Assembly: GCA_950097015.1 (NCBI GenBank)
Contig: CATNEN010000038.1
Location: 28,892,001 to 28,956,000 of the forward strand
DNA from: Macrostomum hystrix
Taxonomy: Eukaryota; Animalia; Platyhelminthes
Reading direction: 5' to 3'
DNA length: 64,000 bases
The translations under genes were made by a program, and so were the position numbers. Shown in pieces: positions 48,501-60,500 of this stretch (positions within the stretch are counted from its first letter, which is position 1; each line of letters starts with the position of its first letter). The notes beneath the pieces are model-generated. The model worked only from the letters and a program-made list of their open reading frames with translations, searched no databases and was not told the DNA's origin.

Positions 48501-51500
48501 TAAGAAGCCAGTTCGCACAGTTCTGCCCGGACGAAATGGTCATGGTCCATGCTTTCAACGAGCCGGTCACCGATTCAAGGTCAAGAACGTTGAGCTGACC
48601 TACTATGGCGCTAGAAATTGCCGCTGTGCTGTCATTCGCAAGCGAGTTATTCAAGAAATCTGCGACTGTCCGGAAGATGAGGTCAAGCTGGACAAGTGCG
48701 ATTACAAAAGAACCTGCATGCAACGCCGAGTCACTGTGTCGTTCAAGGCAGTCTCAGACAACAAAGGAAATATGCATTGTGTGCCGAAATCCAGCTCTGA
48801 GAAACTGCGCTGCTGTTGCAATGATAAACCAAATCTTTTCAAATACTGCGATAAGGAATCCGGTCATTTCGTCACCATTAAGGAACTTCACATCTTCAAG
48901 CCAGAGCTGCTCACCTGCAAGCAGTCAAAGCGTTACCTGATCCACCCACTAGCAAAATGTAACAAGAATTTCCCGGCGGAGCGAAGCCCTTGCAAAGTAG
49001 AGGACGACAGTGGAATCGGCTATGAAGTCATCAGGACTCGTCAGAAATACCTCAACAAGGGCACTTGCGACTGCGACATTAAAACTGAGCAGAAAAAGCT
49101 GGTTTGCTGTACGTATCAGTCTTTAAGCGCATGTTTTACATAAATTAGAGTCCTAGACATAACCTAGCCTTTCATTCTCCAATATTTCAGCTTGTCCAAA
49201 GTGCTCCGAGTGGAAGTCGTCATGTGAAAACAACATGAAGGTGATGCGCCGTGTTTGCTACAGACTAATCAAGCTAAAGTCTGGCAACCCATATTGTAAG
49301 GCTCAGGATGTGACTTACAAGGAAACCGTGCCTTGCAACAAAAAGAAGACTGTACACAAGGGCAAGAAGCCCAGGCATTGTAAAAAGCCCGCCTACCAGA
49401 CCATTACTATCCGCTCTCACCGACTTGAGGATTGCGCTTGCAACCCTCATACGGAGACCATTAAAAAGATTAGATGCTGTCCTAAGGACAAGCCGAAAGT
49501 TGTGTGCCACACTTCCGGCAAGTACTGGGTGAAGACGACTAAAGTTTCGACAATCGACGAGGCTAGCAACAATTGCTCGACAAAGATTGTTTCATCGATT
49601 ATCCCCATCCGTAAGTTATGGAAAGCATTTTTTGTCTTAATTTTGTCTCTTTATATTTTCTCCTATCTTCGGAAGATTACTAGCAATCATGGTTCATTAA
49701 TATGAACGCAACAAATTATTTCAGCCTGCAGACGTTTCCGTAAATTCTTCTCACCGTGGAGCTGCTCAGCGAATCGCAAGGACTGCAGCCGCAGGCCCTT
49801 TAATTATATTGTCAAGCAGTGGTACCGCTTGCAAAGATGCAAATGCGTGCTTCACCGAGAGAAGCGGCATAAGAACATGTGCTGCTGTCGTGATAAGCGC
49901 AAGACAAAGAGATGCGACTGTCTAGCAGGAAGAATTGTAACAAAGTTATTCTCCAAGGTTTTGAAGCAGCGTAAGAACCGACCTAGCATTTGTGTAGAGG
50001 CAGTCAACACCAAGTTGGGTCCGAAGGTTCAATGCCAGGAATTGTACAAGGCAATTCCTGTCGGATCCTGCCCGAAGTACAGGCCAGGTATGAAGATTCC
50101 CCAGCAAAGGTTCGTTATTAAGCGAGGCAAACGCGACTGCTGCAAGTGTGTTGTGACCAAGAAGATTGTCAAACGGCCATGTCACTGTGGATACAAGATT
50201 CGGTATTCAGGCAACTGCGAAGAAGGTGACACCTACCGCAGAGTCTACCTTGTAATTGGCACTCTGCAATACGATGATTCAGGACTGCCCAGCTGTACCT
50301 ACACTAGACAGAAGTTCCTTGGTAGGGATTATTGCTCCTGCAAACCGGATGAACAGCACAAAGTTGAAGTAAATAATCCTCAGTGTCGAAACGACAGATG
50401 GGTTCACACTTACGAGTACATGGTGATGCGCACTAAGTGCAAGAAAATCTCCGGACTGCGTATTTGCATCAACTCGTGCGTCGCTAAGCAGGTTACTAAG
50501 AGCGTACCTATCCGTAAGTAATTTACTGATCTAATTGAAACCATATTTAAATATTTTTACGTCTGCTGCACACAAAATTGGATTTTTTGTTTTAGCATGC
50601 GCATCGACTGGCCTAGTTTTCCGAGGAAACTGCGTGAATTACAAGCGTGACGTTTGTAGACAGGTGCCGTACCTGGACAAGTGTACCTGCAAGCACAGGA
50701 AGGAGTGCTTTAAGAAGGAAGCCTGCAGTAAGTAAAAATCTGAGTTATTTATTCGTAGATTTATGACAATACACCCAGTCCTGAAAATGATATAATCACT
50801 ACTTTAATATTTAGACTGCAAAAAGTCTCGAAGCTACTATTGCGATGCCAAGACGAACACCAAGGTAACTAAATATAAGACCTGCAAACCAGTGAAGGAA
50901 GACTGCATCTGTAGCATCAGAGAGGACAGACAAAAAGTTGTTTGCAACAGAAAGAGGACTAAAAGAATCATTGACTGTGGCGTAAGGCGCGGCTATGCCT
51001 TTTACCACCTGGAAGAAACATCCGAACGCCTTCCAAAAAGCTGCACCTGCGTGCCCAAGACAACAAGGAAACTGAAATTCTGCCGTTGCAAAAAAGACCG
51101 CAAATCCCACACCCACTGTATTGATGGTAGAGTCTGGCGCACGAAGATCAAGCAGTACATCCATACTGGTGGCAAGCTAGGGTGTGTACCGCGCGTCAAG
51201 GTCTCTGATCAGGTCGTGTCCTGTCCTGAGAACCCCCAGCTGGTGCCAGGATCGCTAGATCGTAGAACCTGCAACCGAAACAACATCGTGATTTACAACG
51301 AACTGAAGGCCTGCAGATGCAAGAAGAAGTCGGTGAACGTGAAATCTCGAGCCATCAACTGTTGTCTGCAGCGTGGTTTCAGCACGCCACCACGATGCGA
51401 CAAACGCAAAAACGTCTTGGTAACGGAGCATTATCGCTATGTGACTACTTTCAACGGATTCTTGTTCGAGATGGGAAACATTCGCATACCTACTTACAAA

Positions 51501-54500
51501 TGCGTCAGGACTCTCGCGAGACGCACCAGAAAGCTAATTCGATGCCCGAAAACACAAGTAATGGAGAGCTGCAACAACAGGGAGGGTGACGATGGCGTAT
51601 GGACAAAGACAATTACAACATACAGAAAGGTCGACTGTCGCTGCGTCCATAAGGTTAAAGTTATCTCGGGACATTGCCGTTGCCCAATTTCCTACATTGA
51701 GAGGCGCAGCAACTGCGTGAAAAACTTCCGCACTCTCTACTGGAGAATTTACGAAAGCCGACCTGACAAGAATCACAAATGTCCGTTCAAGATCGTTCCT
51801 AAACGAGAGCGATGCTCATGCGACAGAGAAGAGCGCAAGAGCAAGAAGTGTGATAAGAGAGGCAACTGGGTAACCACCGTCTACTACAAAATCTTCAATG
51901 CGAAATTGAAGGAATGCGAGCAGATTGCCAGCGTTATTTCTGTCATTCAGGCTCGTAAGTGACGCAACTTTTAGCTGCTTTTACGAGTATAAGTGCAATA
52001 TAGTTATTGTATGCTCTGACTTCTGTTTTCTAGAATGCCGGGAGAATCGATACGGCGTTCCTTCAAAGAACTGCAGCCGCAAGAAAACGAAGTGCGTGAA
52101 GGAGTACACAAACGAGATTTACACCCTCAACCCTGTAACATGCGGTTGTAAGAAGACTGTTAAGGTTTCTAACAACAGACGATGCTGTAAGTGACAAGGA
52201 TTTAGGTCTTAAAAAATAAACATTACAGTACCAACGAGTAAAAACTACAAGTCATGCTATGAGCAGCAAAAGCAATAAAACGTTTAAAAAACACTTATAG
52301 GCTGCAAGAAGCCTAGCAAGCAGAAGACGTGCGTCAACAACAAGTTCTGGGAGATCAAGGGCTTCAGCAGCTCGCTGGACGAAGACGAGAAGTGTATTGA
52401 TCGCGTCGACAGATCATCCGTTCCGGTTGAGTGCCCGTCGCCATACAAACTCAGGGGCAACTGCATTGGAAATCGCAAGAGCTCCAACTGCGGCTTCCGA
52501 ATCGACAACCTAATCTATTACGTCACGATCAATTGCCAATGCGTGAAGCGCCAGAAGACCCGAAAGACATTGTGCAGCAACTACTGCGAGCTGTGCCGCA
52601 AAACTCTAAAGGATGTCAGACGGTGCAACAAGAAGGACGGTGGCAAGACTTACATCACCGAGTCCTACGAGTATAAACTTACTCGCGCGAAGAACAGCCC
52701 GACTTGTACATCATTCGTCAGTTCAAAGCGGCTTGAGAAAGTTGGTAAGCAACATTTAGGTTTGGTTTGAGCACGCGAACCAGCGCGTTTTTTAGCTACG
52801 AAAATATGAGCTACGAATACGAGCTATATCATGTCTTACATATTCGTACCACTCAAACTACTTTTTTAGAATGCAACCCATCCAGAGTGGAGAAGAGCAC
52901 ATACGAGAAGTGTGGCCGCAAGACCGGGTGCAAGTTCAACATATACTACTTCAAAATGGTGCCGCGCAACTGCAAGTGCGTGCGCAGACTACTGCCAAAG
53001 AAGACAAGGCGCAATCTAAAGTGCAGCTGCAACTGCGAAAAGCCCAGCCATGGCGTCTCTTGCCGAAATAATAAGTACATCACTTTTGTCTCTAGGACAT
53101 ATAACCTTAGCCAGTTCCGATGCAAGTCGAAGATCGTCAAGAAGTCCAAGACAGTAAGCTGCGACGCTCGACCTGATGGCTGGGTTTTCAAGGGCAAGTG
53201 CGTCAGGCATCTGATCCGCTACGTTCCAAAGATTCAGAATTGCAAGTGCTCCTACACGCCGAAGCGGTTGAAGTCATGCAGATTTGTCGACGAGAGCTGC
53301 TGCAATAAGCCGCACCGTTCCTCAACTTGTGTGAGAAATAACATTAGGATTTTCTTCCGCTTCCACTATCTGCCCGGCTGCAAAGCCTGCAAGCGGGTGA
53401 CAGTTATGCACAAGCGAAAGGTAACTTGCGCTGAGCCCAAGGTACACCCAGTGAAGACGCTGTCACTTCCTGATGGATCAGTTTGGCGGCTGTACAAGAA
53501 AACTACATACAGAGTGTCCCGGTGCGTGTGCAAACCTAAGATTTCATATCTTCGACTCCCGAGTAAGTGCCCATCGTCAAAGATTGTTCCTGGCGTACTA
53601 TGCAAACCAACGAAGCTTAAGTGCCACCCGACTCAAAACATTTACGGCAAAAGGTTTAGAATTTTCTTCGGAATTAAACGTGGCACATTGGTTGGAATTT
53701 TGCCAGGAGAAAAAATGGATTGCGTCGAGGTCAGCAGAGTAGACATTAAGCAACCATGCCTCTGCAAATGTCCAAAGATTACCAAGGTATGTTACAGAAA
53801 CAAATACTGGAGAGTTCGTGTTGTTAAGTTCATCAAGAATCAGCACTCATGCGCCAGATCAGAGAGTGTACGAGTTCGCCCCGCTGAGCCAAAGTGCCAG
53901 AAACAAGAGAGAGAGTTCCGCCTTGAGAAAGATTGCCCGAAATCAGGCTTCTACACCATCATGAAGTCATACTATGAGTGGCGCAACTGTAAGTGCGTGA
54001 AGAGGGTCGTCAAAGTCGGTACTGAGATCTGCCGCTGTGAGGAGGGCGACTTCAAGCAGGTGTGCAACAGAGCTGGCAACGCTTTTATTGGAATCACAAC
54101 TACTTATCGACTATGCGGCAACAGTCTCGCCTGCTGCAAGCGAGTCACGAAGAAGGAAATCGCGGTTAAATGCGCCCCGGGAGTGTTTAGAAGTGCTAAT
54201 TGTGACCAAAGGAATCACATTGAGACAGTTACATTCACGCGAAACGTTGTTCGGCGCTGCTACTGCAGAAAGATCACCTGGGTAAAGGTTCAACCGTGTG
54301 TGACTTGCCTGCCGCCGAGATGTCGCGTTGGAAAGAAGGTAAAATGCCTGAACAATAGAACTTTCGAAATCCAAGTCTGGGCTTGTCATCTTTTCCGCAA
54401 GCCAGGAGATTGGCGCAAAAAGTGCATCCAGACTCACCAGGTATTTAAGCGGTCCGTTCGCTGCAAGGAAGGTGTTGTCTCGAAGAAAACAAAGTGCGAT

Positions 54501-57500
54501 CCACTAACTGGTGAGCAGCTACACCTGAAAGAAATTACTCGCCTTGTAAAGTGCAAATGTAAGACGAAAACGAAAACCAAGCGATGCGACTGTACACCTT
54601 GCAAGAAGACACGAACCTTTAATAGATGCATTAAAATGCCCATGCGCTGGCAGAAGACTACAGTGTCCTACACTCACAATGGCTGCAGGTGCATCAGAAA
54701 TATCAGGCGTGAGAACATACCCATTCCATGCAGCAACAGAAAGTACATAAAGAAGAGCGGCAAATGCATCAAGCAGAAGGCCGGTGGTGGAGTTGTCGGA
54801 TTCAGAAAAGTGGTCAAATGCAGAAAGAATATCTTTAACTGCGAGTGCACGGAAGTATGCAAGAAAGAGTCTGAGGTGTGCTATTGCAAAGGCATTAGCA
54901 AGACTACAAAGTGTGTGCAACATAATACCTATGTTACAACAACCATGCGTTGGGCAATTGACAGGACCGCAAACAGTTGCGTTTGGAGGGAAGAAAGCGT
55001 CAAGCGCAGAGTTGTCAAGCCTTGCCGAAAGGATAAGATTGAAAGAACTGGCTGCGTTTACAAATCGAAAACCGGCGGTGAGAACTATCGCATTGTGAAG
55101 ACCACCGCTTATCGACACCACATGTGCAAATGCGTTAACGAGCCTACAGTGGTTGTACGAGAAACTTGCGACTGCGATCACCGTTGGATTGTTATCAAGC
55201 GAAAGAATTACGGACCTAGAGGCGACTGCAAACGTGAGTACACACTTCGCCGTTATGTCAACAAAGTTGAGAATGGCAAGGTCCGCTGCGTTGAAGATAC
55301 TCGAATCGAGTCGGACAAGCATTGCTGCAGAAAGTCTAGCAAGTCAAGGTTCTGCGACAAGCAGCAGTGTGTTTACGTCAACTTGATCACCAGCTACGTT
55401 CTGACTGGAAGCTACAGAAAACGATTCTGTCAGAAGGCCGAAGATAGGACTATTGACGAGCCTCCATGCGTTAGAAACAAAAATATCAAGCGCGTCAGGA
55501 TCGACCGCTCGTCTTGCGCTAAAAACAATCACATGCGAATTTCTTACCAAAAGCAGGTTTGCCGCGACTGCAAATGCGCTTACGTTGAATACAGATTCGA
55601 GAAGCGAGTTTGCAGGTGCAACTACGTATACAAGAAGTGCACGTGCGCTCGAAATGGCAAAAAGCAGAAGTGCGTGCACATTTATGAGCGCATGTCCGCC
55701 GACAGAAAGGAATGCATCCGAGTGAAGAACTCCTACCAAGTTCCGGTGGCTTGCGGAAAGCGACCGAGGGACATTCGCGTGTGCAATTTGGTACGGAAGA
55801 CCAAAAATGGCTATATTGACAAGTACTATACGATTAAAAAATACTTCCGAAAGTGGGTCTTCAACAAGAAGAAAGGAACTTGCAGGTGTATCTGGAAGCC
55901 AGTTGTGGATACAAACAGGCTGTGCAAGTGCCAGCCATACAGGAGCGAAAAACCCTACGACTACTTTGAGTTTAGACGGCGTTGCGACAGGAAAACCAAC
56001 ACATACATCGTGCTCTACAAGAAGCGAGTGCGCCGAGACAACGGCTGCGTGGAGCTAATTAGAGAAAAGAAAATCGCAGTGCAGTGTCACATTAGATCAT
56101 CTTGGAGGCAGGCTCCGGACCCGCCTTGTCCAGCAAACCGAAACTACATCCGGCGAGTTTTCGAGAAAGGAATCAAGCGAAACTGCAAGTGCGAGGTCAA
56201 AAAACGGTACAAGGCCTGCAAATGTAGGTGCCCTAATCCGACTTTAAGACAGGTGTGCTACAAGGATGCTATCTTGGCCATTTCCAAGTCCTACAAGCTT
56301 GTGAACTGTGTCTGTATACCGATTGTTAAGCGTCACCTAAGAAAGCTAAGCTGTCCAAAGGATTCCTTTAGTGTGGAGAAGGCCAACTCACCCAAGTGTA
56401 CAGAAACACGTGTGAGGATTATATTCAAAAAGACTGCATGCACTAGGTGCACCAAGAAGGTGGAGAGAACTGTCGATCACTGGTGCTGCCCCGCGCTGCC
56501 GCCGAATATGAGAGAGAAGGTCGAGTGCGACAGCGAAAATGCTATCAAAATAACGAGAAGATTTAACTACGTTCTGCAGGGTAGAGTTCATCCCAACAGG
56601 GAGTGCAAGATGACAGAGACTAAAGAAACTCAATCTATTTTCTGCGACAACCTCAGCCGACCGGAGAAGGTAGTTAGCTCTTGCCAGAAGAGAGATGGCT
56701 TTTTGGACCGAGTGCGAAAGGTTCGCTACTACACCGTCGAGTTCAATGGCGAAGGATGCAACTGTGTATGGTCACGTCACTACAGATGGGATGTTTGCAA
56801 CTGTCGACCTGATCGAGTTGTTGAATCAGTCTGCAATCACGAAACCTGTCAGCAGGAAATTCTTCATTATTCGTATAGAATGAGGAAGGATTATCGAGGT
56901 AGAAATGTATGCAAGGAGTCAATTAGAAAGACCCAGGTGCGATGCGGATGCTGCAAGAAAGACTATTCCGAAGGTCCGAAATGCGACGGAGTGCGAACAC
57001 TGCGCAAGACTTACTATACGTACAGGTGGAACTTCAAGACCAAAGCGTGTATCAAGCATCGTAGAGACGACGACAAGGTAGTCGAGTGCGGCGAGAAAAA
57101 CGTCATTTTGACGTCTCGACCTGACAGAGCTACTTGTCAGTACACTATAACTCACCTCAGAAATTTTGTGAAGGCTTGCGTTTGCTATAAGAAGCTTGTA
57201 TCTAAGAAGCCATGCTATTTCTGCTGCCGACCAAGAAAGGTAAGAACGGTACGGTGCCTAAAGCACCGCATCATTGAGACCACAGTCTCAACGCGAGTTC
57301 CTGTTGGCTGTAAGTGCCGCAAGGCCAAGACCAGAAAGTCGCTGAAGATTGTGAAATGCCGCCGAAAGTTTGTTACTAAATGCTACAGTCGCAATCCGCT
57401 GACTTGCAAGCAAAAGTGCTGCCAGTTTAAGTGCACCGTCCGAGACTGTAAGACGGTAAGACCACTAATTAGAGTTAAGTGCTGGCATCGGGTGTACAAG

Positions 57501-60500
57501 TGCTGCAGCACAGGCGTCTCTCGTATTAGAAGTTGCGACGACAAGCGCAGAAAGCATGTCTTTGCCACCACCTGGCACGTTTGGCGACCGTGGCGATGCG
57601 ACGTGCACAAAAAGACCAGAGAGGAAGCCGTCGTATGCAACTGGCGCTTGACAATCGACCGTGGCGTCTGCAACATCATGGGCAAAAAGTCTGGACGTCT
57701 TCAGGAGGTGCAGCGAAAGGACATTCTCAGGCGGGAGGTGTACGCTGGCGGATGTAAGTGCAGAGAGATTAAGAAGGTAGAGCTAAGAACCTGCTCCTGC
57801 GAAGGATACCATGACGAGACAGTGTGCACTGAAAATACACTTATCAAATTCCGCTGGTCCTGGGTCCTCAAAGAAAAGAGAAACGGAAAAGCTTACTGCT
57901 CACCAGTGAAGACAGTGATATCTAGCCAAGGAACCAAATGTAAGAAGCCGCACTACAGAAAGATTGGTAAATGCAAGGAGAATGGTATGCAGACGGTGCA
58001 ACTGGTGACTGAGTATGCTGACCGATGTGACTGCCAGAAGGACTATACCCAGTTCGAAATGGTTTGCCGATGCCCCAAGCCAGAGAAGGACAGGCGCTGC
58101 GATTACGAAAGAGGAAAAGTCATTACAACGGTCAAGACTTTCGTTAAAGTGTGTCGCAGCGAACATTCTTGTCATTGCAAGAGCTCGAAGCAGAAAATCG
58201 TCCGAGTCATCAAGTGTCCCAAGAAAAAACGAACCTGCCGTAAAGGCCTGGTTGTTACAATCACACACAAACGCAGAGGATGCAACTGCGTCGTAAGTTG
58301 TACTTTATTACTTTTTTTTCAAAGAAATCAAAAACGTGCGTTGTTACGTGACCAATGGCCTTTAACCTAATCCCTTTTAGACCCGACGAACAGAAAAATC
58401 GGTACCGTCATGCACGGCATGTACCGACATTGTTGACGGTTGCCAGGAACAGAAGCGCAGAGGCTTTTGTGAAACCAATAAGGAGACACAGGAAACCTGC
58501 AAGGAGACTTGCGGTTTTTGCAAGGTGAAGAAGTGTCCCAAACCTAAGATCGTACAGTTCAAACCGAAACGCGGAATCAGCATTAAGTCGGACCGGCGAT
58601 TCAATAAGAAGTTCTACATCAGAACCCTGGAGAACAGAAAGGAGTCTGCCTGCATCAGAGCTTGCAAAGATTCTCCTAACTGCAGATCATTTGACTACGA
58701 CCTACGGTCAAGACGCTGCGTTCTGAATAGGGTTAGAATGGACGACATTGAGACACGTGGCTACACCTGGGACGTCAGAGAGCAGCGATCGCGCTACAAC
58801 GTACACTACAATAGGATCTGTCAGGATGAGTGCGAGTGCAAAGTGAAGCCCATGAACCAAGGAAAGTGCATCTGCCGAGGCACCGGTGTTGAGCGCTGGT
58901 GCGCCAGACGATTCGCCATCATGCAATACCACGAGACCGACGATGGAAGGTGCGTGCTAGGCGAAGACTCCAGATACGTCGTTGCCGACTGCGACGAAAC
59001 CTGCGTTGATGTCGGCAAAGACTGCGCCAAGAACAAGCATATGTGCGGCCGAGACGTTGTATTCAGCAGACGGTGCGATCGCACCTGCCGCAAAGTTTGC
59101 CGCTGCGGTGAGGATCGCAAGCAGCACTTCAAAGGACTCTGCACCCAACGGGAGGACGGAAAGTGGACGTACTATCAAAGAATTGTTCGCTACCATCGCA
59201 CATCATGTGGACTTTGCGAGATGATCGTTGAAGAGTCTTACGAAACATGCACGCCGGGTGAGTTTTCTGCTGATTTTGGTTTGATGTTCTGATTTTTTAA
59301 TTTATTTCACTTAATATGGGAATTTTTCGATTTAAATCTATTTTCTAGAACCATGCGATGAGAAGGAAATCAAGGTTGTTGGTGACTGCATCAAGGGAGT
59401 TAAGCTCATTTCCATCTACTCGAGAAAGCGCCAGAGAGATGGAAGCTGTCCAGTCACATTGGTTCGCGTGGTCAAGGAAGACTGTACGAAGTGCTGCAAA
59501 GAAATCATGAAGGATGTCGGACGATGCCAGCGATACAGAAACAAAGGTGGTTACTACAGACCAGTCACGCACTCTTGGTACGTCAAGCGCAAAGGAATCT
59601 GCGAACTGAAAATGGAAGTCCGCTGGTTCCCTTGTAGCAAAGTTGGTAAGTCGGAAAAATGTTATGAACATGCATTCGTGATGTTTTTTACACACTTTTC
59701 GTTACTATGCTGCAGCCAGAAAAACGCTATTTGACATTCTTAACTTTTTGACTGAGCGGTTGACGCCCAAAATTAATATCAAAATCTAGAAAATTTAGCA
59801 GTCAGGTTATCAGTCAATTCAGTATGTTTCATAGATCGATTAACATTTAAGATTTACTCTCTAATAGTAGTTAAATTAAATAAAAAATACGAAAAACGAA
59901 TTGGTTTTTCAGCTTGCCCGCGCGACTTCACCACAAACGGCAAGTGTGAGTTTGGTCGCCGTCTAACCTACAACATCTTCTACACCGTGGATGCCGAGCG
60001 AAACTGCGTCAGGCACGCCAAGGCGTACAAGACCTACTGCAAGCAGAAGATCCGTCCTGAATGCAGCGACGCCTACATCGACCTTCTGTCTCCGCGCCAG
60101 TGTCTGCATCTTAAAAAGAAGGGCATGTGCATGAGAAACGAGGGCGCCAGTTTGTGTGCCAGAACTTGCAACTTCTGTGTTGTGAAGAAGTTCTGCACAA
60201 AGAAAATGGGCCCAGTCGACCTAGTTCTCATTGTCGACGCGTCTAGCTCAATTGAGCTCGTAACATTTGAGAATTACGTTGTGCCGTTCCTTCGATCTGT
60301 CGTCGGAAAGATGGGTCGAACAGTTAGAGTGTCCGTCATCCAATATGGCTCTACACCAAAGACTGTGTTTAGGCTTGGAGAAGAGGTTTATCCACGCAAC
60401 ATGATGTCCAGAATCAACCATATGGACATGAGTGGCGGCTCCACATCCACTGCAAAGGCCTTGTACGCAGCCTCAGAAGAGTTCAGACTACGAGGCAGGC

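Noticed and set aside
55218-55226. RGD integrin-binding motif in a Cys-rich module
   Set aside because: One or two RGD tripeptides are expected by chance in ~6,900 Arg-rich residues, and there is no conservation evidence.
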